In this document: positions 10,473-18,984 of the stretch, one piece after another
Numbering within the stretch: the first letter of the stretch is position 1
Layout: the number at the start of each line of letters is the position of its first letter
From: Candidatus Uhrbacteria bacterium
GTDB lineage: Bacteria > Patescibacteriota > Patescibacteriia > UBA9934 > GWF2-40-263
Direction of reading: 5' to 3'
NCBI GenBank assembly: GCA_013204385.1
Contig: JABMNY010000003.1
Coordinates: 14,270-78,269, forward strand
Length of the DNA stretch: 64,000 bases
Notes under the pieces: generated by a model
Told to the model about the DNA's origin: nothing
Seen by the model: only the letters and a program-made list of their open reading frames with translations
The model's database searches: none
Program-made: the position numbers and the translations under genes

Positions 10473-10850
10473 ATGAAAAAACATCACTGGATCGTACTCA
10501 CTCTCTCCATCGCCGTCATAGGAACACTCCTTTTATGGCCCAAAACACACACGGAAGACATTGCGATAAATGAACTCGTTGGTCAGTGGCATGCAGGGGG
10601 AGTAAATGCAGACGGATTCGAATGGTTCATGGAATACACGTTTAAAAAAGACGGGACGTATGAGCTTGTCACAGGAACAGACTACACAGAAGAAGGGGTC
10701 TACGAAATTACCAATCGCTACTTAGACGGATCAATTGAAATAAAGAAAGTATTTAGTGAAGGAACAAAAGACTACACAATGGTCATTGTCACTCAAGAAG
10801 ATCCAGATATCGTAATGCTTGAAGGCACACAACTCAATCGAATCAAGTAA
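10473..10850 (+). CDS. Small secreted/lipoprotein-like hypothetical protein
   Basis: 125 aa, N-terminal signal/TM MKKHHWIVLTLSIAVIGTLLLW. Confidence 0.5.
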   Translation: MKKHHWIVLTLSIAVIGTLLLWPKTHTEDIAINELVGQWHAGGVNADGFEWFMEYTFKKDGTYELVTGTDYTEEGVYEITNRYLDGSIEIKKVFSEGTKDYTMVIVTQEDPDIVMLEGTQLNRIK

Positions 10851-10856
10851 CAAAAA

Positions 10857-10886
10857 CACCGCTCAGACATCTGAGCGGTGTTTTTT
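10857..10886. terminator. Bidirectional intrinsic terminator between convergent genes
   Basis: caccgctcagacatctgagcggtg hairpin followed by TTTTTT; A-run on the other side. Confidence 0.7.
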
Positions 10887-10898
10887 AACGAAGAATAA

Positions 10899-11306
10899 TT
10901 ACTTGAGTGAAACAGCTCCACCAGCATCTTCGATCTGCTTCTTCATCTCTTCTGCTTGTTCTTTTGAAACACCTTCTTTTACCATTGTTGGCGCAGCGTC
11001 AACAATATCTTTTGCCTCTTTGAGTCCAAGACCTGTGATCGCTCGAACGGCCTTAATCACATTGATCTTGTTGTCTCCACAGCTTGTAAGCTCAACATCA
11101 AATGATGTTTGTTCTTCTGCAGCAGGTCCAGCAGCAGGTCCAGCAGCCATCATCATTGCTGGAGCAGACGCGCTCACACCAAACTTGTCTTCGAGAACTT
11201 TTACGAGATCTGCAAGGTCCAATACAGACATCTTTTCAACAGACTCTACAAGCGCTTTAAACTTTTCTGGCACCACAACTTCTTCCTTGGTTGTTTCTTC
11301 TGACAT
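10899..11306 (-). CDS. rplL: 50S ribosomal protein L7/L12
   Basis: 135 aa [11 protein letters not shown]...[19 protein letters not shown]...[17 protein letters not shown]. Confidence 0.95.
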   Translation of the reverse strand: MSEETTKEEVVVPEKFKALVESVEKMSVLDLADLVKVLEDKFGVSASAPAMMMAAGPAAGPAAEEQTSFDVELTSCGDNKINVIKAVRAITGLGLKEAKDIVDAAPTMVKEGVSKEQAEEMKKQIEDAGGAVSLK

Positions 11307-11336
11307 AATTGATTGAATAAGTGAATAATATATTGA

Positions 11337-11465
11337 GAGACTTCTGAAAAAGTGATGGATTTTCGTTAAACGGGCTGCTGAGATCGTGAACCCTACTCAA
11401 ATGTAGGGAGAACGGAATCAGCGGGTGCCCGTGAGACGAAAAGACGCGCTTTTACAGAGGTCTCT
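11337..11465 (-). repeat. 129-nt element with ~10-15 nt terminal inverted repeats (copy A), filling rplJ-rplL intergenic space and abutting rplJ stop codon
   Basis: ~90% identical (as reverse complement) to 59843-59969; ends AGAGACYTCTG...CAGARGTCTC; internal hairpin CCCTAC-N6-GTAGGG. Confidence 0.6.
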
Positions 11466-11987
11466 TTACGCCTTTGCTTCTTTGATCGCACTAAGAACGT
11501 AAACGAATTTACGGAGATTTCCTGCAAGAACATTAACGAATCCAGAGATTGGTGCGTTGAGTGTTCCAACGAGCTGTCCAAGTAATTGTTCTCTGCTTGG
11601 TAAGGTTGCAAGTTGTTGAATGGCCTCTTTTGAGACAAACTGTCCCTCGAGAATTCCTCCAACAATGGAGATTGTGTCACGACCTTTTGAAAACTCAGCC
11701 ATGAGTTTTGCGGCTGCGACTTCATCATCGAACCCGAATGTGGTGAGAATACTGCCTTCCAAATCATCTCTTGTGATTGGGAATCCATTTTTCTCAAGCG
11801 CACGTACGAGAAGAGATTTTTTTGCGATGAGAAGTTCTACTCCAACGGAGCGACCTTTTTCACGCAGAGTGTTTGCATCTTCCATGGTATATCCAGCGAC
11901 GCTGGTAAACACCACAGATTTCATGCTTGTGAGCTTCTCCGCAAGCCCATCAACAATCTCTGACTTCTGTACACGTGTTTTTGGCAT
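11466..11987 (-). CDS. rplJ: 50S ribosomal protein L10
   Basis: 173 aa MPKTRVQKSEIVDGLAEKL... Confidence 0.95.
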   Translation of the reverse strand: MPKTRVQKSEIVDGLAEKLTSMKSVVFTSVAGYTMEDANTLREKGRSVGVELLIAKKSLLVRALEKNGFPITRDDLEGSILTTFGFDDEVAAAKLMAEFSKGRDTISIVGGILEGQFVSKEAIQQLATLPSREQLLGQLVGTLNAPISGFVNVLAGNLRKFVYVLSAIKEAKA

Positions 11988-12002
11988 AATTTGTTCGACC
12001 TT

Positions 12003-12140
12003 TAAAAATAAAAAACTACGGATTCACGCCGTAGAACAAGGTCGAAAAGACATCTTTTCGCTGTTCACCTCGACGAGACTTGTGGCACGTGCCTGCTCGT
12101 GGTCTACGGTAAATCTTCAGTTCGATAAGAGCATACAAGA
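12003..12140 (-). promoter_or_regulatory. rplJ promoter (TTGACA-N17-TATGCT) and structured leader with hairpin+U-tract attenuator immediately upstream of rplJ start
   Basis: On minus strand: ttgacacacatcccgtcttcttgtatgct; leader contains ggcacgtgcc palindrome and cuacggcgugaauccguag followed by UUUUUUAUUUUU just before the ATG. Confidence 0.4.
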
Positions 12141-12164
12141 AGACGGGATGTGTGTCAATAAAAA

Positions 12165-12195
12165 AGCCGCTCTGAAACAGAGACGGCCGTGCCCA
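12165..12195 (-). terminator. Intrinsic terminator downstream of PP2C gene
   Basis: minus-strand gccgtctctgtttcagagcggc + TTTTTT. Confidence 0.65.
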
Positions 12196-12202
12196 TGCGG
12201 GA

Positions 12203-13096
12203 TCAAGAGGTTTGGCGAAAGAAAACGATCGTCACGTCATCTGTCGCCTGAGGGAGCAGGCTTCGAGCGTAGTCGTGAACTTCGCTCAGAGAAACCGTCT
12301 GCGTACGTCCCTGAAAGTGCCTGAGCGTACTCTCCACGATCCTGTTGCCTCCGTCCGAGCAAAGAGCGAACAGTTCACCCCTGGCAAACTCCGCCAGCTG
12401 GATCGTGGAACAGCTTGGTGTATGAATGACTGCTGGGTGGTAATCCCAATTTCCAAACGTCCGAGTAGGTTCAAGTCCACCAACCCACCGTCCGTTTACA
12501 GATCGATACAGTCGATCAACCGATCCTGGTGGCAGAGGTGGCAAACCATTTCCACTTGGGTTCGGAAACACGTTGAATTGACCAGATCGCAGAAATGATC
12601 GCAGGCGAGCAATCTCATCGGGATGATCGACATTGTGATCCTGCGTGAGACAGGCGAACCCTCGATTCCACCTAGGCAAACTCACATAGAGTCGGCAGTC
12701 ACCGGTTTGCGCCAGGCGGATTTGCGTCTCTTCCACCACGATCGCCGTGGCAACGGCTCCGACGGTAAGAAATCGATTCTTGTTTATCTCCGCAATTCGC
12801 GGGAGATACACCGAGCCCAGAACCTGCGCGACTTCATCGAACTGATCAGGAAAACAACTCGGATCCGGATACTGCTGAAACAGCACATTCAAACCCACAG
12901 CCACATCACCAGCAAATGTCGCGATGACGTATGACTTGTTTTTCCAGTGTCCTATGACATCTGTTTCGTTCCCATGTCCATCAACGACCACCGCAAAGAA
13001 CGGTCGACCGCCTCCAGCTGGAGTCACAAGAACAGCATCCTCACTTGGCCCACCGATGTACAGTGGGGCCGAGATAACTGTATATTCAACATGCAT
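12203..13096 (-). CDS. PP2C-family (PPM) serine/threonine protein phosphatase
   Basis: 297 aa; AVVVDGHGN, DHNVDHPDEIARL, GRWVGGLEPTRTFGNWDYH, LCSDG, ATDDVTIVFF motifs; GC higher than neighbours. Confidence 0.85.
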   Translation of the reverse strand: MHVEYTVISAPLYIGGPSEDAVLVTPAGGGRPFFAVVVDGHGNETDVIGHWKNKSYVIATFAGDVAVGLNVLFQQYPDPSCFPDQFDEVAQVLGSVYLPRIAEINKNRFLTVGAVATAIVVEETQIRLAQTGDCRLYVSLPRWNRGFACLTQDHNVDHPDEIARLRSFLRSGQFNVFPNPSGNGLPPLPPGSVDRLYRSVNGRWVGGLEPTRTFGNWDYHPAVIHTPSCSTIQLAEFARGELFALCSDGGNRIVESTLRHFQGRTQTVSLSEVHDYARSLLPQATDDVTIVFFRQTS

Positions 13097-13138
13097 GGCA
13101 CCCTCCTGATAGGTTGTCGCCCAGAATTGGGACAGCTA

Positions 13139-13168
13139 AACCTATCCCAATTCCTCCACTTTGTCAAC
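13139..13168 (-). promoter_or_regulatory. Candidate sigma70-type promoter (TTGACA-N18-TAGGTT) plus AGGAGG RBS for PP2C gene
   Basis: minus strand ttgacaaagtggaggaattgggataggtt; AGGAGG 5 nt before ATG. Confidence 0.45.
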
Positions 13169-13202
13169 CAAAAAGAGAGCGTACAGCTCTCTTTTTTTCA
13201 TC

Positions 13203-13913
13203 CTAATTTCCAATCACGGTTCCGATAAACCGCTTTCCTTTCAAGAGTCCCTCAAGATTCTTTAAATTCTTTCCGTTCAAAATCGCAACCTTCATGCCAC
13301 TATGATGTGCGAGTCGGGACGCAACAGGATCAAATGGAACATTCATTCCAGGGTCCCACTCGTTTCCAACCATCTTGCGAAAATCTTTCCAAGTAATATC
13401 GCAAATGACTTCCGCGTCTGAATACTTGTTTGGATCTTTATCGTAGACGTAATCGATATTTGAAAGATTGATGACCACCTTACTTCCCAATCGCTTTGCA
13501 AGGCGCGTTGCCACGTAATCCGTTGACCAGCCTGGTTTCCACCCTGCCGCAACAAGCACAGGCTGTTTTGGATGCTTTGGGGCGCGCGTTGGATCCTTGA
13601 TCATGACAGGATGGGCAATGTCACGAAACGCTGTTCTCATGAGATGTCCGTTCAATCGTGTTGCGTGGATGCCGAGCCAATCTAAATCCTCTCGAGTCAG
13701 CTCCCCTACTTTTCGTGCTGCCTCTTGATATTGCCGTGCGGTCCCCCCACCTCCGACAACAATCACAAATTTCCATCCTTTCTTGACGGATGCACTAATG
13801 AGTTTTTTAAAATCTTTTAAGAATTGAGAATCGATTCCTCCGTTTGGAACGACGAGTGAGCCTCCAACAGAAATGACAAGTGTACTTGGTTTGAGTGAAT
13901 TGGAATGAGTCAT
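13203..13913 (-). CDS. pyrH: Uridylate (UMP) kinase, amino-acid-kinase family
   Basis: 236 aa; VISVGGSLV...VIVVGGGGTARQY... typical PyrH glycine-rich motifs. Confidence 0.8.
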   Translation of the reverse strand: MTHSNSLKPSTLVISVGGSLVVPNGGIDSQFLKDFKKLISASVKKGWKFVIVVGGGGTARQYQEAARKVGELTREDLDWLGIHATRLNGHLMRTAFRDIAHPVMIKDPTRAPKHPKQPVLVAAGWKPGWSTDYVATRLAKRLGSKVVINLSNIDYVYDKDPNKYSDAEVICDITWKDFRKMVGNEWDPGMNVPFDPVASRLAHHSGMKVAILNGKNLKNLEGLLKGKRFIGTVIGN

Positions 13914-13958
13914 AGGCGAAAAAAAGACGCCCCCATCACATTGAGGAGGGCGGCTTTT

Positions 13959-14312
13959 TTAACTTTCTTTTGATTGTTTAATTAACCAGTTCGTTGCGAG
14001 TGAGATCACCCACAAAAGAAGTGCTGCCAATAATGCAGGAACGAATCCTTCTACATTGAACCCTTTCACAATGGTTGAAACCAGCCAAATCATCAAGGCA
14101 TTGATCACAAACGAGAATAATCCGAGCGTGATGATTGTGACAGGAAGTGTCAGAATGAAGAGGAGCGGTCGAATAAGTGCATTCACAAGCCCTAAGACAA
14201 GCGCGGCAATAAGTGCACTGTAGAATGTGTCCACACCAAACCCAGGAACCACATTCGCGACCACAAGGAGTGTAACTGCATTAATCACCCATCGAAATAA
14301 GATCTGTGCCAT
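13959..14312 (-). CDS. Phage-holin-4-like / DUF360-type small multi-TM membrane protein
   Basis: Start chosen at MAQILFRWVINAVTLLVVANVVPGF (4 nt after xseB stop); 3-4 TM helices. Confidence 0.5.
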   Translation of the reverse strand: MAQILFRWVINAVTLLVVANVVPGFGVDTFYSALIAALVLGLVNALIRPLLFILTLPVTIITLGLFSFVINALMIWLVSTIVKGFNVEGFVPALLAALLLWVISLATNWLIKQSKES

Positions 14313-14316
14313 AGGA

Positions 14317-14526
14317 TTATTGTGAAAACTTTTCTTTAATCTCTTCGACTTTGTTCTCAACCTGGGCAAGTTTCTTTTTGAGTTCACTTGCAAGCTCTAA
14401 GCCTCGCTCAAACTTTTTCAAACCCGCATCCAGATCAAGTTGGTCTTCTGAATCAAACCATTTTGTGATCTCTTCGAGTTCTGAAAAGGCTTCTGTAAAA
14501 TTTACCTCTTGTTTTTTTGCGCTCAT
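14317..14526 (-). CDS. xseB: Exodeoxyribonuclease VII small subunit
   Basis: 69 aa coiled-coil MSAKKQEVNFTEAFSELEEITKWFDSEDQLDLDAGLKKFERGLELA. Confidence 0.85.
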   Translation of the reverse strand: MSAKKQEVNFTEAFSELEEITKWFDSEDQLDLDAGLKKFERGLELASELKKKLAQVENKVEEIKEKFSQ

Positions 14527-15731
14527 ACGAGTTTTTGCTGACCTTTATCTTTTAATCGCAGGATTCGTGCCTGAGCTGAACTTGTGGCGAATTGTACCGT
14601 AATCTCCCCTCCTACTTCAAGTTGCCCTGCGTCGCGCACCACAGCCCCTCCTGCCATGACAAGACTGTACCCTCGCGCGAGAATACGTTTTGGGTCTACC
14701 TGACGCAGGAATCGCTCTGATCCAGACAACCGATCACTCAGTCGTGGAAGCCAGGCATTCACACGAGAAAGGATTCCTTCTTGTGCACGTGACAGGCGAT
14801 CTTTCTGTCGCTCTAAAATAAATCCAATCAGATTTGTCACACGCTCAATACTGAATTGTTGATCCTGAATCGTGTCACGCAGGCGCGATTCCATATGTTG
14901 CTCAAGCGTCCCAATCTCATACAACACATCCTGCCTGCTCGGCACAATACGCTCGGCAGCGTTCGAAGGCGTCGACGCACGAATGTCTGCCACAAAATCT
15001 GCCAATGATTCATCTCGCTCATGCCCCACCGCACACACAACGGGAATCTCAGACGCATATACAGCGCGTGCCACAGCTTCGTCGTTAAATGCATGCAAAT
15101 CCTCAAGTCCTCCTCCCCCCCGCGTAAGCACAAGAACCTCTGGACGCTTCTCCGCAGGGAGCGCATTAAAAAACTGGAATGCGCCCACAATATCTCCCAC
15201 CGCTTCTCTTCCTTGTACATGGACATGTGCATGTAACACTTGCACACCTCCCCATCGATTATTTAGAATCCTCAAAAAATCTCCGTATGCAGCCGCGTCC
15301 CTTGAAGTTAAAAGTCCAATGCGTTCAGGAAATCGCGGGAGTTCACGCTTACGCCCCTCTCCAAAAAGTCCTTCATCCTGAAGTTTCTTTTTGAGTAATT
15401 CATACGATCGTCGCAATGCTCCTTCTCCTACAGCGGCAACCTCCGTTACATTCATCTTAAACGTCCCAAAGCGCTCGTAGATTTTTGGTGCGCCCTTGAG
15501 TTGCACCCGCATGCCATCTTCAATCGGAGATTTCAGTTGCCAGGTGGTCATAAAACATTTCAGAACGGCTTGCGCTTCTTCATCTTTCAAATCAAAACTG
15601 ACCCACTTTCCTTGGGCGACACGATAATCAGAAACTTCCCCCTCCACAATAACTTCATGGGAAGGAATACACTGCAATGTTTGATTGACGAGCGTTAAAT
15701 ACTCGCCAACAGAAAGCGCTTTTTCAGGCAT
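14523..15731 (-). CDS. xseA: Exodeoxyribonuclease VII large subunit
   Basis: 402 aa; OB-fold N-terminus and catalytic core LLTSRDAAAYGDFLRIL...LTRGGGGLEDLHAFNDE; 4-nt overlap with xseB. Confidence 0.9.
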   Translation of the reverse strand: MPEKALSVGEYLTLVNQTLQCIPSHEVIVEGEVSDYRVAQGKWVSFDLKDEEAQAVLKCFMTTWQLKSPIEDGMRVQLKGAPKIYERFGTFKMNVTEVAAVGEGALRRSYELLKKKLQDEGLFGEGRKRELPRFPERIGLLTSRDAAAYGDFLRILNNRWGGVQVLHAHVHVQGREAVGDIVGAFQFFNALPAEKRPEVLVLTRGGGGLEDLHAFNDEAVARAVYASEIPVVCAVGHERDESLADFVADIRASTPSNAAERIVPSRQDVLYEIGTLEQHMESRLRDTIQDQQFSIERVTNLIGFILERQKDRLSRAQEGILSRVNAWLPRLSDRLSGSERFLRQVDPKRILARGYSLVMAGGAVVRDAGQLEVGGEITVQFATSSAQARILRLKDKGQQKLV

Positions 15732-15732
15732 G

Positions 15733-16215
15733 TTAAAAGACAGGATTAAAGAAGACTGGCTGAAAATATTGAACCAAAAGCCACAAGCTGATTCCGAGAA
15801 TCAAATGGGAAACAATGGTCTCCATCCAGACATGACGCCCTTCTTTGAGACCAAATACCCCGAACCCAAGAAGTGGGTAGACCAGCAAACCTACTATGAC
15901 CCAACTCAGAATTGCATAAACGAGAAGTGAAATGAAGGAATAGGGCTCATGCAATCCCATCAACCACTCTAATTGAACCAACGCAACATAACAGAACCCA
16001 AACAAAAACCCCATCACCACATGAATCAGAAGTCCGATAAAAAAAACTTCATGTTTATGACGAATCTTCAGACCAAAAATGGTTTTGACATCAATAAGAA
16101 GCGGAACTTCCTTCACACGACCCTTCTCTGTAATTTCAAGCAAAATTGCTGGGAGCGCAAAGACAAATGCAACTAACCCCCCAAGTGATCCGCCTAATAA
16201 ATAATCGATCGACAT
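15733..16215 (-). CDS. Hypothetical multi-TM membrane protein
   Basis: 160 aa, 4-5 hydrophobic helices. Confidence 0.45.
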   Translation of the reverse strand: MSIDYLLGGSLGGLVAFVFALPAILLEITEKGRVKEVPLLIDVKTIFGLKIRHKHEVFFIGLLIHVVMGFLFGFCYVALVQLEWLMGLHEPYSFISLLVYAILSWVIVGLLVYPLLGFGVFGLKEGRHVWMETIVSHLILGISLWLLVQYFQPVFFNPVF

Positions 16216-16218
16216 ATA

Positions 16219-17148
16219 TTATGGATAGAGAACAAGAACAACTTTTCTTCCCTGGGTAATTTCCCCCCCATCATTCCAGTCGTGCATTGCGTACAAAACA
16301 GTCTCTGCGTCATAGACGAATGCTTCCCCGCGCGAAGTTCCTGGATCATTCACAATAAACTGGCCATCCGTTGTATATCCACGAATCACAAGCATATGGT
16401 ACAGCGGACCTGGAGCGGTAAAATAGGGGTTTCCCAACAATCGTCCAGCCGCTGGAAGAAGGACGGGGTGCCCTGCAGCAAGTTCTGTTTGAATGTCTTC
16501 AATCGTTGGATTCTCGATAAGTTTATAGGTATGTCCAAACTTGAGTTCTGCTAAGACGCCTGTTTTTTCTGCGGTTGTGTCTTCATAATAGCCAAACGTC
16601 TCTTTTTCAAATGCAACAATATTCAACAGATCAAGATCGGCTGTATCTGGAGGAATAGGTCCTGCAGACACCCCTTCATAGTAAGAATGGACCATATACA
16701 CGCTCGCCTCCTCACAAGACTCTTGATAGGGCTCATCCCAATTCCCATGTGGGGCTTGAGACGTAAATGGAACCGCAAGATTCACAGACTCAGGAAGTGT
16801 TTCTACCACTTCTTCAGGCAATTCTTGTTCAACGGGAACTTCTGGATCATTCACTTCAGCTTCGACAACAACTTCTAAATCTGGTTCTGTTGAATCCTGA
16901 GGAACCTCGGAGTCTATGACTGCCTCCTCTTCTACCTCCGCTTCTGTCACATCTTCACCCGTTGTCGACTTCACTTCCTGTTGTTCTGTCATTTCTTCAT
17001 ATCCGATCGCGTCCGGAAGAACAGGTGCCCCCATCTTGAGATACCACTCCATGACCTCCACACGTTGAGAATAGACTCCTGCAGAAAAAGCAATGAGGAG
17101 AATGAACAATGTGAAAATTCTTTTTATGTGCCTTGCTCTCATAAACAA
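16219..17148 (-). CDS. Secreted papain-like (C39-like) peptidase domain protein with acidic Glu/Val-rich linker
   Basis: 309 aa; N-terminal signal/TM; putative catalytic Q/C (SQAPHGNWDEPYQESCEEASVYMV) and H (YHMLVIRGY) arrangement. Confidence 0.5.
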   Translation of the reverse strand: MFMRARHIKRIFTLFILLIAFSAGVYSQRVEVMEWYLKMGAPVLPDAIGYEEMTEQQEVKSTTGEDVTEAEVEEEAVIDSEVPQDSTEPDLEVVVEAEVNDPEVPVEQELPEEVVETLPESVNLAVPFTSQAPHGNWDEPYQESCEEASVYMVHSYYEGVSAGPIPPDTADLDLLNIVAFEKETFGYYEDTTAEKTGVLAELKFGHTYKLIENPTIEDIQTELAAGHPVLLPAAGRLLGNPYFTAPGPLYHMLVIRGYTTDGQFIVNDPGTSRGEAFVYDAETVLYAMHDWNDGGEITQGRKVVLVLYP

Positions 17149-17468
17149 ATTCCCTTACCTTCGACAAATTCTCCGCAAGTAAATCCTGTTGGGCACTGGG
17201 CGTCACTCTCACACTCACAGTATTCGAAGCACAGATCAATACAAACCTCTCCAGGATTCAGTCGACACGCAGATCCGCACGCGTTCCATGTCCCTCCCGA
17301 ACTCGCACAACTTGTCTGATTCAATACACTCTCCTCAGATAGTTCTTCTTGTGCCTGCTCTGTACTGGTTGGAACTTCTTGCATTTCACGCTCTCCCCTT
17401 GGCATAAGCCAATACAACGCAATCAAGAGGGCTCCAAAGAACAGTATGGTGAATATCCCTTTTTTCAT
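17139..17468 (-). CDS. Small secreted cysteine-rich protein (12 Cys in C-terminal 55 aa)
   Basis: Start at MKKGIFTILFFGALLIAL (3 nt after upstream stop); CASSGGTWNACGSACRLNPGEVCIDLCFEYCECESDAQCPTGFTCGEFVEGKGICL. Confidence 0.5.
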   Translation of the reverse strand: MKKGIFTILFFGALLIALYWLMPRGEREMQEVPTSTEQAQEELSEESVLNQTSCASSGGTWNACGSACRLNPGEVCIDLCFEYCECESDAQCPTGFTCGEFVEGKGICL

Positions 17469-18865
17469 AAAATGGCATTTTCTCGCACCCAACGCTGAAG
17501 GACATATGTTGCACGTACATCATCCTCATTATATTCCAAAATTTTCTGCAACACTTTAGGTTTCTTTTTTTGTAGCCATTCTTCAAACCAAAGGACAGAA
17601 TTGGCTCCGCCTGCATCCTCTGCCCGCCAAGAAAAACCGATATAGGCAGCAATATCTTTTAACGAATAGGACGAGAGAGGGAAAATAACGGTTGGACGGA
17701 TAATGGAAAGCAAATCAATCATATTCGTCTCAAGTGCCTCACGCGCAATCTCTCCAATTCCATATTTCGCCCCAAAGCGACGGACGACCTCTTCTTCAAA
17801 CCATCCGTAATGATAGATTGGGGAATCAATATGACGTTCAATAAAATGGACAAACTCTGCCCACATCTCCCCTTCTTTTTCTGGAGACTCTGCAAAAAAT
17901 GAATGATAAACCTCCTCTTTCTCACTTACCTCCAACACCCCAAACAAGTAATCAAAATCCCGAAGCGGATCACTTTCAATATCAAAATAAAGTTCCGTTC
18001 CGGCTTCTGGTAAATGCGCAGTTCCTCGAATGATGTGGCGACGCTCTGTAAGTGCAATGGCTTGATCACGCATCATTTCAAGTCGCGATGAACTAACGTC
18101 TGGAGCAAGCGATTCTAGCTGCGTCACAGACATCAACGAGAGCTTGGCGATAGTGGTCACCCCCGCTTCTGCAAGCCGATGAACTTCCTCTCGCCAGACA
18201 CGATTCAGCAACGATAAATCATCACAACTCTCTGATTCATTTTTACATTCCTTCTGCCAAGGAGATTGCTTACACCCACTTGTCATAAAATGAGCTGGAC
18301 GCGCCCCAGAAATGATCTTCTCAATCTCTGTAAGCGTGAGCTCATACTCTGCCTCAAACTCTTCAATGAGATACGGAAATGTTTCGTTGTCCGGGGAGAC
18401 CACATACCCTTGAACAGGTCTCACTCCCTGAAGAGACTCGAGAAGCTCCGCATAAAAACAACCTTGAAACTTAAACTCATCTCGCAGAAAGCGCGAGCGC
18501 TTCATGTCTGCAGCCACGTAGTAAAAATTTCCAAGTCGTGAACGACCTTCAACTTTCTCAAGCACGTCCGGATGCCCTACCCAATGCTTATCAATCAGCA
18601 CACCATGATAAATGGTTTGACGCCCCTCTCGCATAAATGCGAGCGTTTGTTTGAAAGCTTCCTCTGGATCCTCTGCCGTTACTTCTACGAGATCTTGTTT
18701 ATCTGAAAGTAAATCACGCTCCTTTTCCTCAATAAGGCCATCGTCTTGAAGTTTTGCCATCAGCACCTCATGCGGTCTTGGCTCTCCAGAATGTGTATCA
18801 AAATACACCCAATTTGGACATTTGAGATATTGATAAAACGTCTTTTCCGTAATTGATCCATGCAT
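17465..18865 (-). CDS. TM0106-family RecB-like nuclease with C-terminal RNase-H-like exonuclease domain
   Basis: Start chosen at MHGSITEKTFYQYLKCPNWVYF (alternative 18916); YHGVLID..HPDVL..YYVAADMK nuclease core; C-terminal LYFDIESDP exonuclease-like motif. Confidence 0.65.
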   Translation of the reverse strand: MHGSITEKTFYQYLKCPNWVYFDTHSGEPRPHEVLMAKLQDDGLIEEKERDLLSDKQDLVEVTAEDPEEAFKQTLAFMREGRQTIYHGVLIDKHWVGHPDVLEKVEGRSRLGNFYYVAADMKRSRFLRDEFKFQGCFYAELLESLQGVRPVQGYVVSPDNETFPYLIEEFEAEYELTLTEIEKIISGARPAHFMTSGCKQSPWQKECKNESESCDDLSLLNRVWREEVHRLAEAGVTTIAKLSLMSVTQLESLAPDVSSSRLEMMRDQAIALTERRHIIRGTAHLPEAGTELYFDIESDPLRDFDYLFGVLEVSEKEEVYHSFFAESPEKEGEMWAEFVHFIERHIDSPIYHYGWFEEEVVRRFGAKYGIGEIAREALETNMIDLLSIIRPTVIFPLSSYSLKDIAAYIGFSWRAEDAGGANSVLWFEEWLQKKKPKVLQKILEYNEDDVRATYVLQRWVRENAIL

Positions 18866-18909
18866 ACACGCATTATAGCAGAGTCTTCTAAAATTTGGAG
18901 CATGTTGAG

Positions 18910-18939
18910 TTGACAATTTTGGCTATTTTCCCTAGATTA
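18910..18939 (+). promoter_or_regulatory. Near-consensus sigma70 promoter TTGACA-N17/18-TAGATT driving the E2/E1/Ubl operon
   Basis: ttgacaattttggctattttccctagatt; GGAG RBS ~6 nt before ATG at ~18985. Confidence 0.5.
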
Positions 18940-18984
18940 TGGAGTCCGAGTGAAATCGGAACGTTCTTTTACAACGGAGAACCC

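Noticed and set aside
11337-11465. Idea that the 129-nt element is the L10 (rplJ) leader
   Set aside because: It lies downstream of rplJ, and a separate promoter-proximal leader with an attenuator exists upstream of rplJ; the same element also follows rplK.
10819-12324. Plus-strand ORFs 10819-11316, 11109-11303, 11620-12324 and minus 11393-11803
   Set aside because: Antisense or out-of-frame relative to the unmistakable rplL and rplJ genes.
12212-12934. Plus-strand ORFs 12212-12598 and 12623-12934
   Set aside because: Antisense to the PP2C gene, which has clear family motifs.
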